Origin: Antedon mediterranea
Taxonomy: Eukaryota > Animalia > Echinodermata
Length of the DNA stretch: 64,000 bases
NCBI RefSeq assembly: GCF_964355755.1
Contig: NC_092677.1
Location: forward strand, 12,732,101 to 12,796,100
Direction: 5' to 3'
Below are positions 1 through 13,199 of this stretch, in pieces (within the stretch, counting starts at the first letter, position 1; every line of letters begins with the position of its first letter). The position numbers were made by a program, and so were the translations under genes. The notes under the pieces are model-generated. The model did not search any database. It was not told the origin of the DNA and worked only from the letters and a program-made list of their open reading frames with translations.

Positions 1-54
1 CAGATCGTACATGACAAACTTGTGGAAATTGGCACATTTGGTTTGTTCTCATAC

Positions 55-3000
55 CTAGTCTTCTTCCTTCTCACTCTTCACCAATAATAAACTCATGACC
101 TGAAATTAACGACATCCTCATGTTGCGACATTACTATTTTAGGGGTACGTTGTTTTCATAGTCTAAATTTATGTACACGGCTGTGAGATGTATTTCCATA
201 ACAAACATGAAAGCAAACCATTAGTAGTAAATGGTTGGGTAACAAAATGTTAAAAAGTCTGTTCCATAAAGTTTTTTTTTTTTGTTCCTTCAATTTGTTT
301 TTCAGTTGTAAATGTAAATTTAAAATCAGTATTGAAAGACCAGGCAAAATAAGCAGAAAATTAGTAGACGGAAAATAAAGAGGATAAAATAATAGTAGAT
401 CTCTGGCAACATTATTTTAAGATTTGTTTGTTTTGTTATTGAGTGCGAATGTATACTAGGGATGATTAACACTCAAGCAAAGGAATAGCATGAAAAAAAA
501 GCAGTAATCAACGGCAGTAATTAGTAAGTGATTGAATAAATCAAGGTAGAAATTTATCAGAAACAGAACAATTACTGAGATTATGTTTACAAAAGATTCA
601 CAACCTTCAGAAGACTAATAACGATTTTAACACTACACTAGCCTAGAGAATTAAGTTTTAAAATCCCTGACGTAGAAAAACAATAGAGGAAAAACAATAG
701 ACAGTGGAGTGAAGGAGATATTTTAGTAAAATGCATCTACTTTAACAGCGTAAATTAAAACTCAATAAGAAAAACAAAGCGGGATTACAGCATGAAGGAC
801 AATAATAACATGAGATCTTTAATAGTGAATTAATCCTTAAATCGTATGGTTAGAAAAACAAAGCATGGAATATAATAGCTGGTAGAGAGGGAAGCTCCAC
901 TAATGCATAGATTAATCAACAATTAACAAAATAATAGTAAACACAACGAGTAGTGTTGATTGTCTTGGTAAAGCTTGGTTCCCACTTAAGACATACCACA
1001 AAATTTGACCAATCACAACGCAATGGATCATCCTAACTGTCGTTTGTGATTGGTCAACTCACTTGCGTTGTGCATACAAAGGAGTGTCTTTAAAATTTCC
1101 AGAAGTATTTTGTAATAAGAATGAAGAACTTGGTCCATAAAAACAGGTCCAATCAGTCAAAAGGGTGGCTGAAAAAGGTGGGACCCAAAACACAAGTTAC
1201 TAGGCAGTGGCTTTTAAAATGTTAGGATCATTGGCTTAATGTCCTTTCTGAAGGACATAGCAATGACCGTATGTTACCGTGTAGAACTATGGGCGCGTTT
1301 ATACAACACGCTATTACACGCATATTCTACACGCCTACGAGAAGTGTGTTGTATAACAACAAAGAGATTCCGTGTAATGAGATTTTAATTGCAAAAAAGG
1401 CTACTTGGCTGAATCCTAAAATTTGGTGGATTCCGTTACCGTGTTGGAAGTGTCCTCAGGGTATATTTTGACCTCTCGTTAAAACAGGTCGTAATATCAA
1501 TCTTGTCATGCGACGTTGCTAACAAGATTGGGCCCATTTATTGCTGCTTCGCTGCCAGCAATCCTCCTACCACGTCTTAAGCGTGGTTCCCACTAGCGAC
1601 GCAACACAAGTACGTAACGCAAACGCAAGTGAATTGACCAATCACAATCGATGGCTTATTTGCTTGTGATTGTCTATAACTTCGCTTGTCATTGGTTAAA
1701 ACGCTTGCGTTGCGTTTACGTCCTTGTGTTACGTTCTATTGGGAACCAAGCTTTATGCCTAGCCTAGTGGGGCCAACTCGTAGTGGTAGTAGGCCTCTAT
1801 CGTTTCCCACTCCAAACAGAATAAAAAATAACATCGCAAAAATGGCATCTTCTTCCATAGTGTATAGATGAAACAATGAAACCCTTAAAATAACTTTTAT
1901 TAATTTAAATGAACCGAGAACAAAATAAACAACAATGCAAACGTGAACGAATACAATAATGAAAATGGTAAAAACCGCGCGAATACATCGGACAGCGAGG
2001 AGGCGACGATGATTGTTGACAACCCAGCCAATTCAAGCGATCAACGATTTGACCTTTTATCCTAGCATGCACTGCGTGCTGATGAAACTTCCGATACAAC
2101 ACAGTATCATGATTTCTAGTATAACAGCAAACGTTAATGTGGGTTGACCTCGGTCCGAACAACACGCTAAAAATTAAAGCCGTGTTCAAATTTAGGGTGT
2201 TGTATAAACACGACTTAAGACAGCACTGTTTGCTGTATTACATGTACTATACAATATAAGTTATGTACATTCAAATTAACTATATTCAATTACCTGATGT
2301 TTTTCCTCTAGCCATGTATTCTCACCTTCTAGTTTCTCAGAAACAACTCTCATAATCTGAAAAATTAATTAAAGGAACTGATTGTGAATTCAAAGCAATC
2401 ATTCAGATGAACTGGAATTCAATTGAAGTAAAGTTATTTTTTTCGGTACAATGATTTAGGATCCAGAGATGTAGCAAGCATCGGTGCCACAAGGTACAGG
2501 AGGAGATATAGTTGTTTCATTGCGTTTGTATACAAACTTATGATGGTTATCTATAAGGCAAAAGTTAACTTTGCCGATAACTGAAATAAATATGAAACAC
2601 GTATCAATCAATCAATATCAATAACATGTTATTGTTTAGGTACTGTAGGTGTTTATTTGTGGGGAGGAAGAATGGGGGGAGAGATTGGGAGGGGGGGGGG
2701 GGCTGAGAGATTGGGGGGGGGGAGAGATTGGGGGGAGAGGAAATACAACTACAGTGGTAATAAATTCAAACTCTGGTCAACTTGCATGACAAATTTTTAA
2801 CTCAGTGGTATATACCAGAAAATAAACACCCAAAATACGCTTTAATTTTAATATTGTTCATCAAATATTGGTAGATTCTTTGTCCGTAGTATAAACTGTA
2901 TAATGTACTGATAGCATATCCAGTATTTAAACAAACAAAACTTAACAAGGAATTATTTCCTAAAAACGATAAGGATGTTTCCCCTATTGCAATGTAAGAA

Positions 3001-6000
3001 GTTTGCATTCATATCAAATCACCTACAGTATTAAAGTCAGAAACTTACAAAGGGATCATCTAAAAAACTCATCAGTGCACTTAAAACAGCCAGGGATTAC
3101 TCATATCTTGAAATCAAATGAAAAACTGATTTAAGACTTTTAAATTGTTTTGATATCAGTATCGAATACTAAATTTTCTTTTACATTTTCTAAATTAAAT
3201 ATTTTGAAACATTATTGGTTGAAAAATATTGCTATTAAAAAAAAAATTAAACTCAACCTTAAGTAAATTAACATATTTCTAAATTTTTGAGTTATATGTA
3301 TAGTTAAAGGTAAAGGTATTATATATTTGTCCTCAAGCTTAACTGGAAACTGAGGAAATTCGGATTAGGCCCTCCACGGACCCACGGCATCCAGCAGTGC
3401 AGCGCCTACCAGATCAGCACACCGGGATACGATCCCCTACTCTTTTCGAATAGTGTACCGAAGTTCTTTAACATGCACTGTTAAGGCTTTACATCCCATC
3501 TCGAGGCAATGAGAGTAAAGCATCTTGCCAAAGGATGCAATTAGTATGGTACAGATAACCTCGAACCCATGCCTATCACATGCTAGTCCAATATTACCAT
3601 TACACCATCACTCTCCAGTATATACAGCACCCGCCGCAATTTCTAGACGGTCTCCCATCCAGAACGCAACCGGGCCAAACGTTGCTTAACTTCGGTGATC
3701 TGATGAGAACTGGTGTTTCAACGCAGTATGGCGGTATTGTACTACTATTTACCTCCGCCAAGGAGGTATATGTAATCGGTAGCGTGTGTTTGTTACTTGG
3801 CAAAAAAGAATTTTGCCAAGTATAGTATTCACTTTGTTTCTATGTATGTTTGTATGTTTGTTTGTTTGTTTGTTTGTTTGTTAGCACGATAGCGCCTACC
3901 GTTTTCAAGTTATCGTTCTGAATTTTTGGGTGTAGATAGGTATATATTGTCAGACCATGCCTATTGAAAATCAACAAAATTGGTTTATTAATAACTTCAC
4001 AAATAACAAAAATGATATTATTTTCAGACCGGCTAGTGTTAAAAGATAGGAGACAATTTTCAAAAGCCGGCGAGCAGTCTTAAAGTAACAAGTGTACTGA
4101 AATTGCATTTTCTCGAGAACTACTTGTCCAAAAAACATCATTTTTGTACAAGAGGCAAGAGTTATAAATTGTGATTTTTAATTTTAAAACAAAAGTTGAT
4201 TCAGTGTACCAGCTTTTTTATACGAGTAGTTTTAAAAAACCTATTTCTTTTCAAATTCACCCGTTTGTTTTTGGCGTTGCTGTTCTATTGTTATTCAAAT
4301 TAAACTATTGTAAGTTGATAATTAGTTTTGTTAGCACCAGCGTGTGTCCTTCCTTATTTCATCAGGTATATACTTACAGAACATGCCTATTGATTTTCAG
4401 GTAAATTGATATATTACTACATGGGTTAAGGCAGAGGCGCCGCAAATCGGTACAGCTTCAAGACACTCCTCGATCATTATTCTGGTCAATCTTGATTTTA
4501 GAAAGGTCATTGTTGCAATGCCGGAGATGTTTGTATCAAAAAATTATTTAAACAAATTATTAACCCCAGCAGGATTTTAACAATGTAAAGCTAATACCTA
4601 AAGCAAAAAAAATGTATCTTTCAACATGCTCCGAGTCAGTGGATATATTTTGCCAAGTATTTCACTCAGTTTCTGAGTGCTTTCATTTGTTTGTTTGTTT
4701 GTTAGCAGGATTACTCAAAAAGTAATTACAAGATCTTTACCAAAATGAATATACAGATAGATATGTGGTCAAGGACCATTCCATTAAATTTTGGAACCAT
4801 TGTCCCAATTCTGGACCACTTTTTAGTATACTTTTCAGACCTGCTAGTGTTAAAAGATAGGACAGAATTTTTCAAAAGCCGGCGAGCAGTCTTAAAGTAA
4901 CAAGTATACTGAAATTGCATTTTCTCGAGAACTACTTGTCCAAAAAACTTCATTTATGTACAAGAGTTATAATTTGTGATTTAAAAAAATAATTTGATTT
5001 AATGTGCACGTATTTTGATGCCAGTAGTTTAAAAAACCTATTTTCTTTTCAAATTCACTCGTTTGATTTTCGCGTTGCTGTTCTATTGTTAGTCAACTGA
5101 AGCTATTGTTAATTGAAAGGCTTGTTGCATAACCATTACACCAAACTCGCATACACATGCTTGTAGTGAAATTAGCCAATTCACAAACAGCATTAAGACA
5201 CACACAAATATATATATATATTTTTTTTTTACCGGAGAAATAGAATTTTACAGTAGGCGGAGGTATGCACTCTCGGAGTGGCTTTCTAGTATTTAATATA
5301 TTATTTATATTATATACTAATCTGTCATTGTTAATTATAGTAAGTTATATAAAATAATGTTTTTGTAAAACTTTCTGTGTTATGCTTATTCAACAAGCAA
5401 GCAATCTTTAAAATAATATGATGAAACCAAAAAGATAACAGCTATCTAATTTAAATACTATTACAATTTAGAAGAAAAAAGGAAAGGTGGGCGAGGGGGG
5501 CATAAAGGAGGGGAAAACAAAATCTAGATATAGAAAGGATATCCCAGAATCCCTCGGGATATGTCATTGGTAAATACATGACATCCTTAATTTCCACTTC
5601 AGGTTCCCGAGTGTTTCTATGGAAGGAAGTTACCGGTGAATTACAAGGTGCGCTTTCGTGAATAGTGCCATCTGTAATTCATAACAATCAGAAAAACAAA
5701 CGCATCAATCCAAGTACTTTCCAAATCAGACTTCAGACAGAATAAAATCAAGTTAAGTAAAAAGGAAACAGACAGATTTGGATGACATATTTTTTTAAAA
5801 GGATGAGCATTTCTTTTATAAAAAAACAAATTAAAAATGTTTAAAAGCTTCCAAAAATACATTTAACCAAACAAGTATTTTTTTTTTTTAAAGAAAATTA
5901 TGAAAATATGGTCAACAAAATTAAATTTAAATTCTTTCAACTGTACTTTTTAATAAAATTGGTTTTCCATAAAAATCAATCTCAATTGTTGAACTTCAAC

Positions 6001-9000
6001 TGAAAAATATTATATTTTTTGTTTTAAACAAACATGAAAAATCAATATCATCAATATAGATAGATACATAGTAAAGCATACGTTATATAAGGTTGTCATT
6101 AACATTAGGTTGAGACTTGAATATTTAAGACTGAACTTATTTCATCAAACATGTGTAGGATGATAGACCTACACTATTACCCTGTCGTAATCCCAAAATG
6201 GAATAAACGAACATAGGATTAAGCCCATCTATGGTACAAACCCATGCTAAAATTTGGAGTAATTTCATGAAAATGGCATGTAATTGTGGGTACAAGAGTA
6301 TAACCCCTTCTTCCTCTTAAACTTGACACAATGGGGTAGGTGGGGAGGGACGAAGGTCATTTGTTATAATTATATACAAGTAAGCAATGGTATTTCTTAA
6401 TACTAAAGCAAAGAAACTAAATTTGAAACAACTCGTCCTTTAATTAGTTAATGTAATGTTATCACTTAAGGAAGAGCCTGGTTTATCAAAAGTCAGAAGT
6501 TGTAAAGTGAATATGATTGAGGTTGTTCAAGACCCTTTAACCCTTGACCTCAACATTACCACAATACATCAACTTGTAAATTAGATTAGTTACCCACAGC
6601 CGGAAAAGGCTAGGAAAAGAGCCGCTAGCTATCTTAGAAGATGATATTTACGTACATTATTTCTGTCAAAGTGACTAGCTGTCATATGATGAAAGTTGGT
6701 TAATAAGGTGAACTAATTAAAATCAAAGTGAACATTAATTTATAGGGCATCAAATTAAAGTACATTAACATCTCCTAATTATCAACTTCCTAATTACAAA
6801 TTTTATTTTACAAACCTAATTTACGGTGATGATTTCATTACTAAAAAAAGCTTGTTTTAAATGTATTTGTAACTTTCGAGCCAATTCAAAACTTAAGAAT
6901 ACAGTTTTGTATACAAATTGAAATAAGTTTTTTGTGACTGTTATAATAGTATTGTATCTTTTGAGCTAATTTATTAAACTACTTACATACCATTAGAATA
7001 GAGTTTTGTAAGAATCTTAACTTATATTATATTTATCTAAATGACTTTTGTAACAAATTCAACAATAGATCTGGAAAATATTTGACCTGATGATGATAAT
7101 ATTTTACCATTACTAAAGACAAAGTAATTTTGTTTTGAGTGATGTCTGCAAAAAAAGTCTACACATTCTAATATTTTATAACTAAAATAAAGAACAATTA
7201 TCTATTTAGACCTTTCTCTTAAATGTTTACCACTTTTCATGCATTCATATGACGAAGATTGATGGTACCATCAAACAAAAAATGAGGTACAGTAAGGCAC
7301 GTGGTATACATAAAATACTATATAATTTAACTATTTAATAATATTGTTTAAATATTTACTTTATTTATCATTGAATAGTATATTTAACAACCCATAGCTG
7401 TAGTAGATTGACAGTTTTTACATTACATAATATTGTAATTACCCGTTATATAAGCATAACCACTTTCTTTAAAAAAAAATATACTGATGTAATCTGTATT
7501 GTTTCATTGGTGGGGACAGGTTGGGATATGTACAACACAACTGGGATTAAAGATTGGTTCCCACTAAGACGCAACACAAGGATGTAAGCAATGCAAGTGA
7601 TCTGACCAATCACAAGCAATGGATTATTCAAACTGGCGTGTGTCATTGGTCAACTCGATTAATATGTATAACCTCATATTTAGTATTAAAAGTTTGTGTT
7701 AGTGTTACTAATTATTTAATAAAAAAGAAATAGTGACATTTTCTCCAATTATATTTTGAGTAGTTTGATAGTTTTTGTACAATTAAAATTTTTGGAATTG
7801 GGTGGTAATAAGTGACCTACACTATTTTTATTACTTGATTGATTCACTTTTTTTTCAACAATTTTTTTTAACGAGATGATAAAAAAAAATATTGGGCTAA
7901 CAAAAATTGTAGATATAAATCAGTCAATATTGACAAATTAAAAATCTATGATCACAGAAATTCTGTATCCGAACTTGAAAGGCAGGGCAGGGCATGTCTA
8001 TTATCTTAAAAGTATTTTCCTCCAGCAGGTTGGGAGTTTCAGAATCAATTTAAAAAATAGGAATTAGGGTCTAAACTGTACAGTAATGATAATAATCATA
8101 ATCATTATTCATAATCAGAAAATTTCATTGGATAGTTTCCGTAAGTCCTTTTAGATTTGTATTTATATATAACCACTTGCTTAATGTCTAAATCTAGAGG
8201 ACGAGTTATTCACAAATACTGACCTATCTTTGAAAGAAAGGTTCATTAGAGAAACAGGAAGGCAAACACGTGAAAAACAAAGAATACTTCACGAACAGTG
8301 CCTGCCTGCCAGTATAATTACAGAATTTAACAATCAACATGAAAATAAAGCCAAAACTAATATAACTGATGCCTGATTATAAAAGACATCGTTACCTAAA
8401 TTTTAATTACTCCTTTAATGTTAGTCTGCTGAGATGTTTATGAGAATTACTATTCAAAGTAAATAAAAATGTGATAAAAAATGCTGTTTATTAGGTTAGT
8501 TTGTTTGTAAGCTTAGCATTGGTTTACTATTTTATCTAACTTAACCTGAACACCCCTGCCTCCTATAACACACAACCAGACAGTATAAAATACAAACATA
8601 TGTTGCTCGTAAATTGTTCCGTACATTATATTTGATTGCACTCTAGTATAGGGTTCATAGAAAAGTAATGCAACTCTTATCATAAGTACTTTAAACTTTC
8701 GTAAATAATATTTCAAAATTTGATACATACTCTATTGAATTTTTAATTGCTGTCAAACCGAAATTCTTGTTAGTTTTAATAATTCAGAAAGTTACAAGTA
8801 AGCTCTGTCTACACTATCAAACTATTTTGACAAATGTGATGAGCTCAAATATGATAGTGATATGCACAAATATAGTACCATAGTGACATCATCAAGTCCA
8901 TATATGGGCACATTACATTTGTTTAATAGTGTAGACAGAGCTTTACAAGTAAATAAAGTTGTACAGGATAAAAAAAAAGAAAAATATTGAATGTATTTGT

Positions 9001-10878
9001 TATCTCTATATTCTTCTATACAGTTTTCAGTATTCTGCGATATAAGCCTATTCCCAAACTTAAAATCCATGAGGGAGTAAATGCGTACAAATGAAACGCA
9101 AATTACTTATTTGGGGAAAAAATATTGTGAAAAATATAAGCAAATGATTTTAAGAAGGTTTGGCAGTGTTTCATAATAGTTCAATTTAATTCTTTTTAAA
9201 TAATTTATTATAAACTGCAATTTGTTGTGAGCCATACTTTGCTTAATAACGATTTCATAAATGATTTTTTTTTATTGTTATGACAAGCCTGTTTTTACTT
9301 TCTAATGGCCTGTTTTTCCTCTGAGAAATGAAAAATTATGTTATTTTTACAATAGATGACAGCAAGCATTGTCATCTTTAACTAATTAAACACAACTTTT
9401 TTGTCAGTGTTACATTACTATGACAACCAGTTTAATTGTTAGTCAAGTGTATTGACAGCGGAGTGAGGCATGATGGGATGTTCACCTAGGGATGTTATAA
9501 CTATCATGTTTAGTTAAAGGCATTTCAGATATATTTACAATTTTACATCATAATAGTGGTGGGAACTAGACACAGTTACGGGGAAAATGGCTGTGGTCAT
9601 GTTACAAAGTGAGTTGTCAAACTTAACCATGTACACCTACCAGAAAGTAGGAAGATTTTGCCATTTTTTTTCCTGATTAAAAAGTAAAAATTAAAAAGTT
9701 TCCCACACAATTATTGAACCACCATTTAAAATGTAAATTTAGTCCAAAAAAAGTGTAGCAGCTTTATAGTTTTATATCTTGTCTTTTTAAAAAGGGTCCC
9801 AGGATATCAGATGGCCTGCCTCGGTCTAAGTTTTTTTTTTTTTTACAAATTTAAATATGCTGTACCTACCTAGCTGAGCTTCTTCATAACCCTATTGGAT
9901 CTCACTTTTTGGCCTATATTTTTGATAGCATTTTTGACAAATAATGTCTCTCCCCTTTATAAAACAAATTGTATTTATATGTTGTATATCATTGAGTAAC
10001 AAAAATAATAATTTAGAGCAGCTCTAACATTGTTTAGAACTTATTAACCAGAGAGGGCAGCAAACACGATATTTTAATATTCTAAAACCGTGGCTCAGAA
10101 CATTGGCTGCACTTTTGCAGGAAAATCTATCCAATATTTTGTAGTTTTAGTTTCCATTCAATTTCAAGACAAAATTTATGAATAAAATTGGATAATTATG
10201 GGATTAATACAATCATATTAAATGATTTATATGTGTTGATTGTGTGCGTATATCAACATCTTGGTTATGTGAACAAAATAAATTATGCTCCAACATACAT
10301 ACTGTAGCTGCAAAAAGATTATGTACCTCGTGTTGATGTTTTTCTGTTAAAGTTTTGTTGTTGTGATCCAAACGCCTGTTACAGTCTTCTTGAACTCTTT
10401 TTATTCTGGCTTTTGCGTCATTTGCTATTGTATGCAATTCACCACATTTCAATAACTCCTCCTAATTTAGGAAAACAAAAACAGACAATTATAACCTTCT
10501 TTTTCACGTGGTTTCCAATGAAACTTGACATATTTGTGAGTGAGTTTTAAAGTAGGTAACAATTTAACTTTCCTAATAAAATTTCAAAGAATAAGAAAAC
10601 CAATTAAATTTTCTGATTTGGGAGAGTTGATTGGACCGCAATCGAAGTGAAATCTCCTTTTGAGTGTCATGAAAAAACTTCTGCAACGTAAAGGTTTTTC
10701 ATTTGTTCATAATTCAGTTATTCACCTTAAGTTCTTTAACCTCTGTAACCAATTTATCTTTTTCTTTAGACATATCGGACAGAACCTTTAGTGTCTCAAT
10801 GTGTTTGGTGCTCAGTCGTTGATGTTGTTCTTTTATCTCCTCCACATTTCCCCGGCGATTATAACAGTTTGCCGACAT
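55..10878 (-). CDS. Unidentified spliced coiled-coil protein gene (partial or ~131 aa)
   Basis: Phase-0 GT/AG exons on minus: 10878-10726 (ATG; MSANCYNRRGNVEEIKEQHQRLSTKHIETLKVLSDMSKEKDKLVTEVKELK), 10461-10327 (EELLKCGELH...TEKHQHE), 2356-2294 (IMRVVSEKLEGENTWLEEKHQ), and tentatively 99-55 (VMSLLLVKSEKEED*). Composition is E/K/L-rich and heptad-like. An acceptor at ~10942 and a likely non-coding first exon at ~15021-15110 (donor gtaaag) are also present. The last exon is the least certain. Confidence 0.6.
1291..2215. mobile_element. Non-autonomous DNA transposon (PIF/Harbinger-like) with a nested MITE
   Basis: Imperfect ~23-bp TIRs: GGGCGCGTTTATACAACACGCTA (1291) and TAGGGTGTTGTATAAACACGACT (ending 2215). 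TA-rich flanks; no coding capacity. Confidence 0.6.
1580..1752. mobile_element. MITE family X (TIR AGCTTGGTTCCCACTAG, TWA TSD; PIF/Harbinger-like)
   Basis: TIRs agcgtggttcccactag / tattgggaaccaagct flanked by tta...tta. Near-identical inverted copy at 41487-41665; fragments at ~972-1080 and ~7550-7655. Confidence 0.8.
2665..2740 (+). repeat. G-rich short tandem repeat (GAGAGATTGGGGGGG-like), G-quadruplex-capable
   Basis: Three gagagattggg(g)n units with long G runs. Confidence 0.7.
3305..3610 (-). mobile_element. tRNA-headed SINE with Deu/Nin-like core domain
   Basis: Minus strand: A-box TGGTGTAATGG, B-box GGTTCGAG, then tcctttggcaagatgctttactctcattgcctc, core gatgtaaagcc...gcatgttaaagaac...cactattcgaaaagagtagggg...cccggtg (resembles the Deu/Nin domain, from memory), and a (TACCTT)n-like tail. 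Confidence 0.7.
3621..3738 (-). pseudogene. 5S rRNA-derived sequence (pseudogene or SINE head)
   Basis: Reverse complement reads CAATACCGCCATACTGCGTTGAAACACCAGTTCTCATCAGATCACCGAAGTTAAGCAACG...GGATGGGAGACCG...CGGGTGCTGTA, which matches metazoan 5S including the internal control region. It has several substitutions/indels and no T-run terminator. Confidence 0.85.
3747..5290 (+). mobile_element. Non-autonomous Helentron/DINE-1-like element (HINE) with an internal ~830-bp duplication
   Basis: 5' TACCTCCGCCAAGGAGGTA, (GTTT)n microsatellite, 3' subterminal GGCGGAGGTA plus hairpin GCACTCTCGGAGTG and CTAGT end. 4020-4320 is repeated at 4833-5115. Confidence 0.75.
8801..8942. mobile_element. MITE family Y (TIR AGCTCTGTCTACACTATCAAAC, TWA TSD)
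   Basis: TIRs at both ends and internal ~20-nt repeat ccaaatatggtagtgatatg. Other copies at 24406-24529, 29759-29889, ~34515-34637, ~35433-35592, 36961-37115 and ~42110-42250. Confidence 0.8.
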
Positions 10879-12499
10879 GATTTCACATCTAGGTTACAAC
10901 TTTGAGAATTATTATATACTTTACTGCAAATTCCCTCTTCACTGAAAACAAAAAAGAGGTATTGATCTGGTTAGGAGTAAAAGTTGGAGGTTAAAACTAT
11001 GAAAAATGTGTAAATTCTGATATGTCAATGAATTTTATTTTTATTTGGAAAACTTAGCATGTTTATTCTTAATTAAAAAAATTGTTCTCTCTGCGAGAGA
11101 ATGGGGACCTCCCTTCCTTCCTACCTATCTCTTACTATATCTAGTCCTCTAGCCCTAGTGTAGTGAAAATCCCCTTATATAATAATGGGACGACCCAAGG
11201 TGTGACCTGAGGTCACGTGCGTTAAGCCAGTGAATTCCAGGACCCAGGTGACTCTTCAGGCTGAACAGTCTAATATGAGGGGTACTGCCAGCACCTCGTA
11301 GGCGTATACTTGTCTGTACACCCCCGTCACTCACAAGCCCCAGTACCATAACAGAGGGGGAGTTCTTACAGGCATCGCAGCCAATTACTTCTTTAACCTC
11401 ACTCATATGAACCGAGATTTATCTTTCGCACATTATAGGAGCTTTGAACGAGCACTTCAAGGCTGAGGAATTACCTAAAGTCTTGCAACTGAAGTTGGAG
11501 GCGGCCATTCAACAGGAAGGTGAAGCCATCACCTAGAGCACCACCATCGCCGGGTAGACAGTATTCAACCTCACCCCGAGAGTGTGTTATGAATGTCGAG
11601 AACCAGGTCATTTCAGGAAGGACTGTCCAAAATTAGACCCACAAGGTCGACAAATTAAGTCGGAAGGTGAGCAGTCGTCAAACTAGACCAGGTTGGAAGC
11701 ACAGCTCAGCTTCCCAACCTCTCACCCTGTCCGGCCTTAGAGTCAGGTAGTGTGAAGGGTAACAATAGTAATGACAATAACAGTGCTGCGGGGTAGACTC
11801 GGTGGACGAAACTGAAAAAAACAATCGTTATCAACAGAGTACGATCCAACCGAGCCTTAAACACTAGGTCTATGTAAACCAGACTGAAGTGACAGCTGCT
11901 GTGGACATGGCTGCGGACGAATAACGTATATTCCGTCTAGTTCCTAAACCACATTATTGTGGCCAAGCTCAACTTTACCCTTGCAGGTAGAGGTACATTG
12001 ATGCCTGGTTACAAGGTGGGACCTATTCATTTTAGGCTAGGATCAGATTACTACACTTTCTGGTAAAAATTGGGCCATGGTAGACTTCGGAAAACTGTAG
12101 GCACAAGCACAGTCTCTGTGCGGAGAAATCGATAACCGGAACCGCCGAGAACTACTCGTTTTCTTGTCACCAAGCGTAGAGTGACCTCTCACTCACTCTG
12201 TAGTGCAAGGCCAATGTCAACTTTCACCTAACCATTTATCTTTACCAGACTCTTTTATAGATCCAGAGATCAATGCTTTTGTGGTGATTCCACACATCGG
12301 AGATTGCGCACTCCGCACCGGTATGTGGTCAACACCTCTGACATGTACGTCACCTTGAAGCAGGGAAGGGACATTGGTACAGCCACAGAAGTCGACCAGG
12401 TGGAGGAGAGTGAAGTCAACGCCGCAGAGATATTAAACAAGCGTGCAATGTATTAGCACAAATACATCACATTTTGGTGATGAGGATAAAGAAGTCAAC

Positions 12500-12790
12500 T
12501 GTGAAGTGTGTAACTGCAATAAGAAAACCGGTCATAAAGCCAGTACCCTAAATCAACTTTTATGCAGGTCCCATGGAACAGGTACATATCGATTTCATTG
12601 GAAACCAACATGGGCAATGTATACATTCTCATGATGGTAGATCAATTCACCAAATGGGTTGAAGCCAGCCCACTCCCTTGTCAGACAGCGAAGGTAACGG
12701 CTCGAGTCGTGGTAGGGAATTTCTTCTCCTGGTTCGGTATGCATTTGCAACTCCACTCTGATCAGGGGAGTTATTTCGAAAGTTAATTAT
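12500..12790 (+). pseudogene. Gypsy integrase core remnant
   Basis: YILMMVDQFTKWVEA and HSDQG are the rve integrase D...D motifs, with an upstream CxxC; frame disrupted. Confidence 0.85.
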
Positions 12791-13199
12791 TTAGTTCTTT
12801 ATGTAAAGTTTGGACGAGAGATCAATCTCCCAGCCGATCTCATGTTTACAGCTGCACGAACACCCAACAGCTACGTGGCCGCTCACACGCTACTCTGGGA
12901 GAGACGCAGCGATGAATAAAGAGAGACTACAACCTCTGTGTCCTCGCCTGCCCCTACAACCAGGGGATAAGGTATATGTGATAGATAATAGCCAGCCAAA
13001 GTGTAAATGCAAAAAGCTGTGTCCTCCCTAGAAAGAAGGGACGTTTGGTACCACGGTGCCTGTGTGAATGTCACCTTTAGACACCCTAAATATCGATCGC
13101 TACAAATGCGCTAACTGTAGCGACTGAGAGATCCAAGCTGAATCGCTGCCTAACTATATTTATGTACTTGGGTCTCTATAAGCTGATTTTACCGCAAAC

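Noticed and set aside
3600-3803. ORF containing VLIRSPKLSNVWPG
   Set aside because: Spurious translation of the 5S rRNA-derived sequence.
9868-9954. Possible additional exon of the coiled-coil gene
   Set aside because: Splice-like ends exist, but the phase-0 reading hits a stop (GRDIICQKCYQKYRPKSEIQ*) and the acceptor is weak.
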